A stretch of 64,000 bases of DNA from Candidatus Eiseniibacteriota bacterium (GTDB taxonomy: Bacteria > Eisenbacteria > RBG-16-71-46 > SZUA-252): assembly GCA_963703225.1 (NCBI GenBank), contig OY969801.1:2496001-2560000 (forward strand), read 5' to 3'. Position numbers and translations under genes: made by a program. A model generated the notes under the pieces. That model was not told the origin of the DNA, searched no databases, and saw only the letters and a program-made list of their open reading frames with translations. Below are positions 28,331-38,465 of this stretch, in pieces. The first letter of the stretch is position 1; the number at the start of each line of letters is the position of its first letter.

Positions 28331-29227
28331 ATGCCTCCTCTTTCGATCTGGCCCCAGACCTTCCGCGTCTTCATGGACGCGACGATCGAGATCGTGCCCT
28401 TCTTTCTTCTGGCGATTCTCCTCGGCGCCCTCATCGAAGAATTCGTGTCGGAAAAAACCATCGGGCGCTTCTTGACGGGGCACCGACCGGGAACGATGGC
28501 GCTCGTGTCGGTTCTCGGCGCGCTCCTGCCTCTCTGCACGTGCGGGATGGTGCCGCTGGCGGTCTCGCTGCGCCGGCGGGGCAGCGATCTCAAGCACACG
28601 ATCGCCTTTCTGACCGCGGGGGCTGCAGTGAGCATCCCGGTCCTCTTCCTGACGTGGAAGGTTTTGGGCGTGGAGTGGATGGCGGTCCGGCTCCTGACCT
28701 CGGTCATCTTCGGGCTGTTCGTCGGGTACGCGAGCCCTGTCGTGCTCCGCGCCGCGGAAGCACGATCCGCCGCCGGGGCATCCCCGCTTCCGGTCGCAGC
28801 CCCGCCGCGCCCCCGGGCGCGCGCGATATCGATCCTCCGCCGGTTCCGCGGGCAGCTCGTCGAGTATTTCCCCTGGGTGATCGTCAGCCTGGCGCTCGCC
28901 GCGGTGGTCGACAGCTTGGTGCCGCGGCACTGGATCCACGTGCTCTACGGCCAGAAGACGGTTGCCGGGCCGCTCCTCGCCTCGCTCTCCGGCATTCCCT
29001 TCTACTTCTGCTCGGGCGCCGAGCTGCCGCTGGCGAGGGAGCTGCTCGAGAAGGGAATGGGGCGAGGGCCCGGCACCGCGATGCTCCTGGCCGTCCCGAT
29101 CGTCAACATCCTGACCTTCGGCGTGGTGGGGCGATGGCTGGGCCCGCGGAGCGCGCTCGCCTACCTCACCCTTTGCGTCGCGGCGACGACCGCGATCGGC
29201 ATCGCCACCGGTTTGCTCTGGCGCTAG
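28331..29227 (+). CDS. Predicted permease (DUF318/ArsP-YraQ family)
   Basis: Multi-TM protein with twin motifs LPLCTCGMVP and PFYFCSGAELP. Confidence 0.82.
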   Translation: MPPLSIWPQTFRVFMDATIEIVPFFLLAILLGALIEEFVSEKTIGRFLTGHRPGTMALVSVLGALLPLCTCGMVPLAVSLRRRGSDLKHTIAFLTAGAAVSIPVLFLTWKVLGVEWMAVRLLTSVIFGLFVGYASPVVLRAAEARSAAGASPLPVAAPPRPRARAISILRRFRGQLVEYFPWVIVSLALAAVVDSLVPRHWIHVLYGQKTVAGPLLASLSGIPFYFCSGAELPLARELLEKGMGRGPGTAMLLAVPIVNILTFGVVGRWLGPRSALAYLTLCVAATTAIGIATGLLWR

Positions 29228-29244
29228 CGGCCGGCGCGCGGGGG

Positions 29245-29973
29245 TTACTTCTTGGGCGGCTGGCTGGGGCGGATCTCCACCCGGCTCGGGAGCGATCGCG
29301 GAGAGTGGTGGAGGAGATCGACGACCACCTGCGCCACGTCGCCCGCGGTGAGCTTCCACGCCTGCGCGGGGTCGGGCGGACTTCCCCCGAAGTAGGTGTT
29401 CACGCTGCCGGGCATGATGTAGCTCACCCGAATTCCGTCGTGGCGAATCTCCTGCATCAACGCCTCCGACATCCCATTGACCGCGAACTTGGACGCATTG
29501 TAGGCCGAGGCGGTCGGGAACGCGTTCTTCCCCGCCAGGCTCGAGATGTTGAAGATGTACCCTCCCCCGCGTCGGCGCATCCGGGGGATCGCGGCCCGGG
29601 AGCAGAGGAAGACGCCGGTCACGTTGGTCTCGATGACGCTGTTCCACTCGTCGAGCGACATCTCCTCCAGATTCTTGAAGAGGCCGACCCCGGCGTTGTT
29701 GACCAGGATGTCGATGCCTCCGAATTCCCGGTCCGCGGCCCGGAAGAGCGCCTCCACCTCGCCTTCGCTTCGCACGTCGCAAGGGTGGGGCGCCGCGTGT
29801 CCTGGGTGAGCGGCGGAGAGCCGCTTGGCCGTCACGGCCACCTCGCCGGCGTTTCGCGCGGAGATCAAGACCTTCGCCCCCTCTTGAAGCAATGCCTCGG
29901 CCACCGCGAGCCCGATCCCCTTGGTGCTCCCGGTCACCACCGCCACCTTCCCTCGAATCTCTTGCGTGCTCAT
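29245..29973 (-). CDS. Short-chain dehydrogenase/reductase
   Basis: TGSTKGIG, NNAG, YNASK. Confidence 0.93.
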   Translation of the reverse strand: MSTQEIRGKVAVVTGSTKGIGLAVAEALLQEGAKVLISARNAGEVAVTAKRLSAAHPGHAAPHPCDVRSEGEVEALFRAADREFGGIDILVNNAGVGLFKNLEEMSLDEWNSVIETNVTGVFLCSRAAIPRMRRRGGGYIFNISSLAGKNAFPTASAYNASKFAVNGMSEALMQEIRHDGIRVSYIMPGSVNTYFGGSPPDPAQAWKLTAGDVAQVVVDLLHHSPRSLPSRVEIRPSQPPKK

Positions 29974-30617
29974 GTTCCCTCCAGGCCTAGACCCGCGTTG
30001 AGTTCACGCGCCAACTCGGTCAGTCGTCCCGTGAAGAAGTGATCGGCATCGGCCACGAAGCGCGCCTCGACTTGGCCCCGGGTTCTAAGCCGCGCCACCA
30101 AGGCGAGAATGTCCTCGCGGCTGCCGTACTGGTCGTGGTCCCCCTGGACGATCAGCATCGGCGCCGGGGGCCGGTCCAGGAAGTCAAACGTCCGGTTGTC
30201 GATATTCTTACTCACGGGCATGCCGAGCGCGATGAATCGCTCGAGGTGCTCGTCGTGGAGCGCCCAGCGCGCCCCCACGTAGGATCCAAACGAGAACCCG
30301 GCGAGCCAGAGCGCGGCCAATCCCGTCTGCTCTCGGGCGAACGCGGCCGCGGCCGCCAGATCCTCGATCTCCCCGTCCCCGCCCGAGTAAGCCCCCGCGC
30401 TCATCCCGATACCCCGGAAGTTGAATCGAAGGGTGGGATGGCCGGCCCGGTCGAGCACGCGGTGGACCGTGTGGACCACCTTGCTGTGCATCGATCCGCC
30501 GTGAGCCGGGTGCGGGTGGCAGATGACCGCCGCGGAGAGTCCCCGCCCCGGGTCGGCCCAAAGCCCCTCCAAAACCCCCGCGGGGCCTGGAAATTTCACC
30601 GCCGTGACAATTCGCAT
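29970..30617 (-). CDS. Alpha/beta hydrolase
   Basis: CHPHPAHGGSM, RFNFRG, GFSFG nucleophile elbow, GDHD, ADHFF. Start 30617 or 30599. Confidence 0.88.
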   Translation of the reverse strand: MRIVTAVKFPGPAGVLEGLWADPGRGLSAAVICHPHPAHGGSMHSKVVHTVHRVLDRAGHPTLRFNFRGIGMSAGAYSGGDGEIEDLAAAAAFAREQTGLAALWLAGFSFGSYVGARWALHDEHLERFIALGMPVSKNIDNRTFDFLDRPPAPMLIVQGDHDQYGSREDILALVARLRTRGQVEARFVADADHFFTGRLTELARELNAGLGLEGT

Positions 30618-30748
30618 TCTCGTAATCATCTCCACGCTCCGCGCCCTCGCGGGGCGGCCAGGCCCAATTCGCGCGTTTCGGCCGGTGAGTCTCTCCGTTA
30701 TACTGATGCGGCTCAAGCTGCAAAAGTCGCATACAGGGAGGCATTCGG

Positions 30749-32857
30749 GTGGCGCTTCGCGTCGAAAACCTCACGTTTATGGACCTCAATCGCACCGACC
30801 TGATCGAGATCTACCAGCTGATGCTCCTCTCCCGGAGGCTCGACGATGAGGAGATCAAGCTCAAGAAGCAGAATTTGACCTACTTCCAGATCAGCGGTGC
30901 GGGCCACGAGGCCGTGCTCGTCGCAGCGGGCAAGGCGCTCCGAAGCGGCTCCGACTGGTTCTACCCTTACTACCGCGACCGCGCGCTCATGCTCACGCTC
31001 GGCATGACCCCGCTCGAGATGCTCTTGGAAGCGGTCGGCGCCGCGGCCGACCCCAACTCCGGGGGGCGGCAGATGCCCTGCCATTGGGGACTCAAGCGGG
31101 CCAATGTCGTCTCGCAATCCAGCCCCACCGGCACCCAATTTCTCCAGGCGGTGGGATGCGCTGAGGGGGGCCGCCTCCTCGCGCTGATGAAGAACTTGAA
31201 ACAGCGGCCGCCGTACAAGGAAGACGAGGTGGTCTACGTCTCCGCCGGCGACGGCACAACGAGCGAAGGCGAGTTCTGGGAGGCCATCAACTCGGCGGCC
31301 ACCGAAGCCGCCCCGGTCCTCTTTCTGATCACCGACAACCAGTACGCCATCTCGGTCCCCGTCGAGGCGCAGACCCCTGGGGGCGACATCGGACGCTGCA
31401 TGGGCTCCGTTCCCGGGCTGCGCGTGATGCGCGTGGACGGCACCGATCCGCTCGCTTCCTATCAAGCCATGATCGAGGCGTCGCAGCACATCCGGGGCGG
31501 CAAGGGCCCCGTTCTCCTCCACGCGATGGTCATCCGGCCGTACGGCCACTCGATGTCGGACGACGAGCAGTCCTACAAGCCGCCGTACGAGCGCGAGGAA
31601 GAGGCCAAGCGGGATCCGATCTTGAACTACCCGAAGTACCTCGTGAGGGAAGGCATCGCGACAGAAGAGGTGATCGCCCAGATCCAGAAGGATGTCGACG
31701 CGGAGATCGCCGAAGCCGAGGCGCAGGCGCTGGCCGCGGCCAAGCCGAAGCCCGAGACGATCTACGATCACCTCTACTCGCCGACGGTAGACCCGACGTC
31801 CCGCGCCTTCGAGACCGATCCCAAGTTCGAGGGGCAGCCGGAGACCATGGTGACGCTCATCAATCGCTGCCTGAAGGATGAGATGGAGCGGGATCCGCGG
31901 ATCGTCCTCTTCGGTGAGGACGTGGCCGACGCCACCCGGGAACAGAACCTGAACTCGGTGCCCGGCAAGGGTGGCGTCTTCAAGGTCACCTACGGACTCC
32001 AGAAACAGTTCGGCCAGGACCGCGTCTTCAACTCGCCCTTGGCCGAGGCCAACATCGTCGGGCGGGCCATTGGCATGGCCACGCGTGGCGTCAAGCCGGT
32101 CGTGGAGATTCAGTTCTTCGACTATATCTGGCCCGCGATGATGCAGATCCGAAACGAGCTATCGATGCTGCGGTGGCGCTCGAACGGCGACTTCTCCTGT
32201 CCCGTCGTGATCCGCGTCGCGATCGGTGGCTACCTCCAGGGCGGATCGATCTACCACAGCCAGTCGGGCGAGAGCATCTTCGCCCACTGCCCCGGGCTTC
32301 GGATCGTCTTCCCCGCGACCGCGGTCGACGCGAACGGCCTGCTGCGAACCTCCATCCGCTGCGACGACCCGGTGCTCTTCTTGGAACACAAGCACATCTA
32401 CCGCCAGCCTTACGCCAAGGGCCAGTACCCCGGACCCAATTACATGGTGCCGTTCGGCAAGGCCCGCGTGGCCCGCGAGGGAACCGATGTCTCCGTGATC
32501 ACGTGGGGCGCGACGGTGAACCGGGCGCTCTTGGCCGCGCAGCGCCTGGAGGCGGAAGGGGTGAGCGTCGAGGTGATCGACATGCGGACCCTGCTCCCCT
32601 TTGATCGGGAAGCGATCGGGCGGACGGTCGAGAAAACGGCGCGCGCGTTGGTCCTCCACGAGGACGTGCTCACGGGTGGGTTTGGCGGGGAGATCGCGGC
32701 GGTCATCGCCGAGCACCACTTCGACTCGCTCGACGCTCCGGTCCGGCGCATCGGCGCCGCCGACACTCCGGTCGGCTACGCGCCCGATCTAGAGGCCGCG
32801 ATCCTGCCCCAGGTGGACGGCATCACCGAGGCGATCCGGGAGCTGGCGCGGTACTAG
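30749..32857 (+). CDS. 2-oxoacid dehydrogenase E1, fused alpha/beta (branched-chain type)
   Basis: [19 protein letters not shown]...DN TPP motif, [30 protein letters not shown]. Confidence 0.92.
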   Translation: MALRVENLTFMDLNRTDLIEIYQLMLLSRRLDDEEIKLKKQNLTYFQISGAGHEAVLVAAGKALRSGSDWFYPYYRDRALMLTLGMTPLEMLLEAVGAAADPNSGGRQMPCHWGLKRANVVSQSSPTGTQFLQAVGCAEGGRLLALMKNLKQRPPYKEDEVVYVSAGDGTTSEGEFWEAINSAATEAAPVLFLITDNQYAISVPVEAQTPGGDIGRCMGSVPGLRVMRVDGTDPLASYQAMIEASQHIRGGKGPVLLHAMVIRPYGHSMSDDEQSYKPPYEREEEAKRDPILNYPKYLVREGIATEEVIAQIQKDVDAEIAEAEAQALAAAKPKPETIYDHLYSPTVDPTSRAFETDPKFEGQPETMVTLINRCLKDEMERDPRIVLFGEDVADATREQNLNSVPGKGGVFKVTYGLQKQFGQDRVFNSPLAEANIVGRAIGMATRGVKPVVEIQFFDYIWPAMMQIRNELSMLRWRSNGDFSCPVVIRVAIGGYLQGGSIYHSQSGESIFAHCPGLRIVFPATAVDANGLLRTSIRCDDPVLFLEHKHIYRQPYAKGQYPGPNYMVPFGKARVAREGTDVSVITWGATVNRALLAAQRLEAEGVSVEVIDMRTLLPFDREAIGRTVEKTARALVLHEDVLTGGFGGEIAAVIAEHHFDSLDAPVRRIGAADTPVGYAPDLEAAILPQVDGITEAIRELARY

Positions 32858-32889
32858 CGGAGCTGCCGGATCGACGCCCGCCTCCGACC

Positions 32890-33996
32890 TCACGGATTAG
32901 CGGATCGTGCAACGTGTGTGACCTGCCGGCGAGTTGCTCCCGTAACATCCCCTGTGTCCTGGATGTAAAGCACGCCGTAGCCCTCGTCATCGGGGTACGT
33001 GTACAGATAGTGCGACCCGTCCCGAGAGATACGGGTTGCCATCAGACGCAAGTCTGCTGGCCATGTTGACGTCGCAGACCCGTCCGCCTCGACAACCCGC
33101 GTTTCATGAATGTTGTAAGAACTCGGATCGTATGACTCGTAGATTATCCGACTCTGGCCCAGAATCCATTCCTGAGAATCCGCAGAGTTCAAAGAAGTGG
33201 GCATGAGATCTTGGTAGTCGTCACCATTGGGCCGGACCGTGTATAGGTGAATTGCGTAGGAACGCCTGCCTTGGTGCTGGAATGTCGTGCCGTACCAGAA
33301 AGCAACACCGGCCGAGTCCGGCGACCAACGGGGCGCTCCCCCGTACGTCGGGTGGCCGTCGTGGAGAAGGGGTCTATCCGTCAATGTGACCGTGTCGACG
33401 ATAAAGATTCCGGCGGAAGTATCAGGTGCGCCATAGCTGAGATCGGGACGGCTGTAGACAATGTAGCGTCCACTCGGATCCCAGTCGCCTGCCTGAGCGT
33501 TCCCATTTGTGAATGTGATCCGCCGCTCAACCTTCGCATCTAGATCGAACACGCCCAGGTCGTAATACCCGCCGTGGGCGTAGGCCAATCGCCTCCCATC
33601 GGGAGAGAAACGCACTCCCCAAGGGTCAGCGTCATTTGGCGAAAATGGCATAATGTACATAGGCTCAGAACCCGGAGCGACCCCAATCACATAGACACCG
33701 GTTGATTGACCTTGTGTGGCGACGTGCCCGTAGACGATGAGACTTTCATCGGGAGATATGTCGTAGGGGAAGTCCACGAAAGCATACTGCCCTGGTGGGC
33801 AAGACGGGCATGGTTGCGGATGTGGCAGCGGATTGAGGGGGGTTCTTGCACATGCGCCAGCGAGCAGCGATGCGATGAACACCAAGCGGCTGGAAGGCAG
33901 GCTGCGCTCCGCATTGGTAGAGGAAGGCTCGTGGCGGACCGAGATCCCGAGGGGTAGGCCACCTATGCCAAATGAATAACCCCGGCCGAGCGCCAA
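32890..33996 (-). CDS. TolB-like/PD40 beta-propeller protein, probable lipoprotein (true start probably downstream of 33996)
   Basis: ISPDE, FSPDGRRLAY, WDPSGRYIVY, WSPDS, ISRDGS repeats; LLAGAC lipobox-like motif; visibly more AT-rich codons than neighbours. Confidence 0.7.
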   Translation of the reverse strand: MALGRGYSFGIGGLPLGISVRHEPSSTNAERSLPSSRLVFIASLLAGACARTPLNPLPHPQPCPSCPPGQYAFVDFPYDISPDESLIVYGHVATQGQSTGVYVIGVAPGSEPMYIMPFSPNDADPWGVRFSPDGRRLAYAHGGYYDLGVFDLDAKVERRITFTNGNAQAGDWDPSGRYIVYSRPDLSYGAPDTSAGIFIVDTVTLTDRPLLHDGHPTYGGAPRWSPDSAGVAFWYGTTFQHQGRRSYAIHLYTVRPNGDDYQDLMPTSLNSADSQEWILGQSRIIYESYDPSSYNIHETRVVEADGSATSTWPADLRLMATRISRDGSHYLYTYPDDEGYGVLYIQDTGDVTGATRRQVTHVARSANP

Positions 33997-34047
33997 AGGT
34001 GCATCAATCGTCGAATGGGCTGTTGGTGAGACGCCTTGAGCGCAGCT

Positions 34048-35525
34048 CTACAGATCGGCTTCCCCCACCCTCTCGAACCGCCCACCGTTCGCGCGGACGC
34101 GACCCTCGTTGACGAGCTTGTCGAGATGGGCACGGAGCGTCTTCGCGGCAACCTCGGGCGCTGCGTCCGGGGTGTCGGCATAGACCCGCACCAGCAATTC
34201 CCGCTCGTCCAGCGGGCCCTTCTCCAGCTCGCGGAGAATGCGCGCCTCCCGTAGCCTCCGGTGCTCGATGAGCGCCTCGAGCGCGCGCGCGACGCCGCGG
34301 TTGGGCGGGCCGTGGCCCGGGATCAGCGTGCGGATGTCCATCGACTGGAGCCGGGTGAGCGAGGCAACATAGTCGGCCATGCCACCGTCGGCCGGATCAA
34401 TGACCACCGTTCCCAGCCCCGAAACCAAGTCCCCGGCGATCAGGGTCCTCGAGGTCTCTTCCAGAAACGCGAGATGGGACCGACTGTGCCCCGGCGTCTC
34501 GAAAACCCGTACGCGCCGCGGATGGCGGCCGGCGACCTCGATCACGTCCCCTTCGTGTAGCTCCCGATCCAAACGCACGCGGTCCGAGACGAGCGCGTGG
34601 GCCCAGACCGGCGCCCCGTAGCGCGCGCACACCGCCTCGACGCCGCCCAGGTGATCGCGGTGGCGGTGCGTGAGCAGGATCGCGATCGGCTTTCGCCCAG
34701 AAATCAGCGCTTCGTCGACCACGCGGTAAAGCGCTTCCAGCTCCCCGGGGTCCGGCGCTCCCCGGATCGCACGATGAGAACATCGCCGTCGCCGACCACG
34801 ACCGCGTTCGTGTGCGTCGCGGGTGGGATCGTGTCGGTCTTGAGGGGAACCATCGTGATCGCCGGACGCACGTGGACGTGTCGCGACGGCACGCCGTTGG
34901 CCTCGGGGATCTCGAAGAGTCGCGCCGGCAAATCGTGCGCGCCCTCATGGAGGATCCGGATCGCGTGGAGCGTCGGCATCGCGAGCACGACCCGGTCCTC
35001 TTCCCAAAGCTCAAGCGCGCGCCTCGGCTCGACCCATTCCCCCGACTCGAGCTCGCCCGGCCAGACATCGGGGGCGCGCTTTTCCCTCACGTCGATCAGA
35101 TAGAAATTGGTGTTGAACCGCGCGCGGCTGAAATGGGGCGTGATCCAGCGGCCGGATGGAACGTAGACGGTGGGGTCAAGCTTCAATCCCCACTGCTCCG
35201 CGGTCGGCCAGAACTCCATCTTGCCGGCCAAGACCTCGCGCCGCGCCCGCGCCTGCTCCGAAGCCGGCGGTGGAGTTCCAACGAAGCCGACCAAAAGTCC
35301 GGTCTCCTCGAACGTCTCGCGGGCGGCGCAGCGCGCCATCGTGTAGAGCAAAGCCGCTTCGTCGCCGTCCAATCGACCGTCCTCGCGGGCGTGCCGGCCG
35401 CCGGGAAACGAGTGGAATCCGCCCAGAAACGGATTCGCCTCGGACCGCCGGACCCACAGGAGCTCCAACGGCGGCCCGCGGTGGATCGCGATCACGCTGG
35501 CGGCGGGACGCAGCGTCGGGTTCAT
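34048..35525 (-). CDS. Nudix + metallo-beta-lactamase fusion protein (frameshift at about 34745-34772)
   Basis: FPGG...ARETFEETG Nudix box; PPATHTN; THRHRDH, TPGHS, GD, PGHG. ATG 35525 overlaps the upstream stop. Confidence 0.85.
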
Positions 35526-36430
35526 TCCAGGAGAACCGGTGGCAGCGATTCCCGGAGCGCCCGGATGTGGTCGGGACCGGTGCCGCAGCAGCCACCGACG
35601 ATCTGGGCCCCCCGGCGGAGCCACTCCTGCGCCGAGCCGGCGAAGCGCTCGGGGCTCATGGAGGGATCGAATTGCCAGGTCCCCTTGGCCATCTCCGGCG
35701 TCCCCGCGTTGGGGTAGCAGCCGATCGGGAGCGAGGTGGCTCGGGACATCGCGTCGAGGCAGAGGGGCATGACGTCGACAGGCGTGCAGTTGACGAGCAC
35801 GGCGTCGGCGCCGATGGCCTCGACGCCGCGGACCGCATCGGCGAGCAGCTCTCCTCCCAGAATCTCCGATCCATTCCGGCAGATGAAGCTGGCCAGGACG
35901 AGGAGCCCTGTCTTCTTGGCCGCGCGCACCGCCGCGACGGCTTCCCGGATCGTGCCCATGGTCTCCACGAGCAATAGCTCCGCTCCCGCCCGCGCCAGCC
36001 GCTCCGCCTGTTCGGCATGCTCCCGATCGGCCGCCAGAGCGGGCGGGACCAGCTCGGGCGCGTAGCAATCCTCGAGCGGGGCCATGGAGCCAGCGACAAA
36101 AACCTCTCTCCCGCCGCCGACCCGCTCCCGCGCTTCGACGCAGAGCGCGATCGCCGCCCGGGTGAGCCGGTCCGCGTCGGCCGCCATCCCAGCCTTTCCG
36201 AGCGCGCGGGGCGTGGTCCGGAACGTCGCCGCGGTCAGGATATCGGCGCCCGCCCGAACGTAGTCCTCGTGAACCTCACGGACCCGATCCGGCGAGTCCC
36301 GAACAGCCTGGGCGCTCCAGAGCGGGAGCTGGGTCGAAACCCCGCGCCGCTCCAGCTCCGTGCCGAGCGCGCCGTCCAGGAGAATGATCTCGCCCCGAGT
36401 GAGCTGCGTGCTGAGCGGGCTTGGAAGCAT
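35522..36430 (-). CDS. Homocysteine S-methyltransferase family protein
   Basis: LLDGALGTEL, LWSA, ET, VNC, YPNAG, GGCCGT Zn ligands. Confidence 0.9.
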   Translation of the reverse strand: MLPSPLSTQLTRGEIILLDGALGTELERRGVSTQLPLWSAQAVRDSPDRVREVHEDYVRAGADILTAATFRTTPRALGKAGMAADADRLTRAAIALCVEARERVGGGREVFVAGSMAPLEDCYAPELVPPALAADREHAEQAERLARAGAELLLVETMGTIREAVAAVRAAKKTGLLVLASFICRNGSEILGGELLADAVRGVEAIGADAVLVNCTPVDVMPLCLDAMSRATSLPIGCYPNAGTPEMAKGTWQFDPSMSPERFAGSAQEWLRRGAQIVGGCCGTGPDHIRALRESLPPVLLE

Positions 36431-36477
36431 CCGTTGGGTCTCTCGGGGGGTACCCGACGCGCCGGGATACCGAGGGG

Positions 36478-37674
36478 TCAGCCCCCGGCCGTCGCCTCAT
36501 CGGGAGGGTTCAGGCCATGGAACTGCATCAGCTCCTCGATCACCGCCCGGCGGCGGCGGAGAATCGATGTCATGGAAGTGTATCCATATCGCAGCAGCTG
36601 TTCCCGCTCCGAGTAGCTCATCGTGTGGTGGAGGAACATCATCGCTTCGCTGGAGGAAGGCTCGATCCGGTACAGCTTCACGTCGGGATACTCCGCCTGA
36701 CACCGGCGGATCTCGCCGTCGAGCCTCACCCGGGTCTCGATGCGCGAAGCCTGATCCTGAATGAACGACATCCCCTTTTCGCGGATGGTCGCGCACTTGC
36801 CATCGCCGCGCGGAAGGCAGACCGTCTGACGGTCGTTGGATATGTTGACGAGCGGGTTGATGATGAGGATCGTCGAGGCCCCGGCGCGGAGCGCCACGTC
36901 GAGGTGCGCCACCTTTCCGGTCGATCCGTCGATGTAGTCGCGCCCCTCGATGCTGACCGGGCGGAAGAGGAGCGGAATGGCCGACGAAGCGGCGACCGCC
37001 TGGGAGATCGACACTTTGGAGCCTTCCACGTTGGAGAAAACGCGCCGGGTTCCAAGGTCGAGATCGGTCGCCGGGACGTAGAGCTCCTTGTCCAGACCGT
37101 CGAACGAATCGGTCTTCCCGTTGGCTTCGAAGATGCGCGCCAGCAGTCTTTGGTAGTTGTCGAGCGAGAAAACCCCGGCAGGCAGGCGCTCTTCGATGTA
37201 GTGCATGAAATCGAAGGGCGACGGGCGCTGCCCGATTTTCACGCATCGGATGAAGTATCCCGGAATGGAGAGGACCACGCCGACGGCGGAGCCGAGGATG
37301 GCCCAGCGATTCACGTCGTACATGTCGTTCCGGCGAAACTGGAGCGTGGGGTCCGCGTTGGTCAAGAGGCCCCAGTAGATCTTCCGGGCGGGGATCCCCT
37401 TGGCGAGGAGTGCTGAGACCGTCGCCCCGGCGCTCACGCCGATGTGAATGTCGAAGCCGGTGCTGGAGAAATCGAATCCGAGAAAGTCGTCGAGGGCGGC
37501 GAGACAGCCGATCTCGAAGAAGGCGCCGGAGAGCCCGCCGCCGGAGAGGCTGAGGCAGATCTTCTTTCGTTCGGGGGGCGCTCCACCGCGGGAACGGAAC
37601 GATGGCCAACTCGATTTGGACGGTGTCTCGGGGCGGCCTGCGCCGCGCAGCGGCTCGGGATCGGGGATCGTCAT
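36478..37674 (-). CDS. Patatin-like phospholipase
   Basis: SGGGLSG, GVSAG, ASSAIP, YIDG. ATG 37674 overlaps the SDR stop. Confidence 0.88.
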   Translation of the reverse strand: MTIPDPEPLRGAGRPETPSKSSWPSFRSRGGAPPERKKICLSLSGGGLSGAFFEIGCLAALDDFLGFDFSSTGFDIHIGVSAGATVSALLAKGIPARKIYWGLLTNADPTLQFRRNDMYDVNRWAILGSAVGVVLSIPGYFIRCVKIGQRPSPFDFMHYIEERLPAGVFSLDNYQRLLARIFEANGKTDSFDGLDKELYVPATDLDLGTRRVFSNVEGSKVSISQAVAASSAIPLLFRPVSIEGRDYIDGSTGKVAHLDVALRAGASTILIINPLVNISNDRQTVCLPRGDGKCATIREKGMSFIQDQASRIETRVRLDGEIRRCQAEYPDVKLYRIEPSSSEAMMFLHHTMSYSEREQLLRYGYTSMTSILRRRRAVIEELMQFHGLNPPDEATAGG

Positions 37675-38465
37675 CGAGCCCTGGGGTATCGAAAGAGCGC
37701 GTTCACCAGTCGGTCCGACAGACCCGGCATGGCAACATTCAAGACCGCGAGCCAGTGGTTGCGAGTTGGAATGTAGATCTCCGCGGGGTGATTGTGGAGC
37801 GCCCGCTCCACCGCCTGAGCCACCTGCTCCGGCTTGAGGACCGTCCCCGCCGGGCCAACGCCCAGGGCGCGCTTCCGTCCCGCCCGGTCGAGAAATTCCG
37901 TTTCCACGGCCGCTGGAACGATGAGGGTGACCCGGATGCCGAGCGGCTTGAGCTCGCGCCGCCACCCTTCCGTCAACCCGACGAGGCCGAACTTGCTGGC
38001 GTTGTAATAGGAATAGTAGGGCGCGCCCACCCGTCCCGCGAAGCTCGCGATGTTGACGATCGCGCTCCCCTCCCGCGACCGGAGCGCGGGAAGCGCCGCG
38101 CGGGTCATGCGGCAGACGCCGGACAAGTTCACGTCGATCTGTTCCAGAATCTCCTCATCCGTGGCCTCGGCCACCGCTCGCAGGTACCCCACCCCGGCGC
38201 AGTTCACCAGCGCGTCAAGGCTACCCAACCCCGCCGTCACCGCCGCGACCGCGCGCGAGGCGTCGGCCGATTGGCGGACGTCGCCCGCGACGATCAGCGC
38301 GTGGGCGCCCGACTTCTCCACCTCCGCCGCGAGAGCCCGGAGCGGCTCCTCGCGCCGCGCGAAGAGCGCGAGGCTGGCACCCCTCTTGGCCAGACGGAGC
38401 GCCACGGCGCGCCCGATTCCCCCCGACGCGCCGGTCAGGAGGACGACGCGATTCTTAACGTCCAC
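37671..38465 (-). CDS. Short-chain dehydrogenase/reductase
   Basis: TGASGGIG, NCAG, YNASK. Confidence 0.92.
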   Translation of the reverse strand: MDVKNRVVLLTGASGGIGRAVALRLAKRGASLALFARREEPLRALAAEVEKSGAHALIVAGDVRQSADASRAVAAVTAGLGSLDALVNCAGVGYLRAVAEATDEEILEQIDVNLSGVCRMTRAALPALRSREGSAIVNIASFAGRVGAPYYSYYNASKFGLVGLTEGWRRELKPLGIRVTLIVPAAVETEFLDRAGRKRALGVGPAGTVLKPEQVAQAVERALHNHPAEIYIPTRNHWLAVLNVAMPGLSDRLVNALFRYPRAR

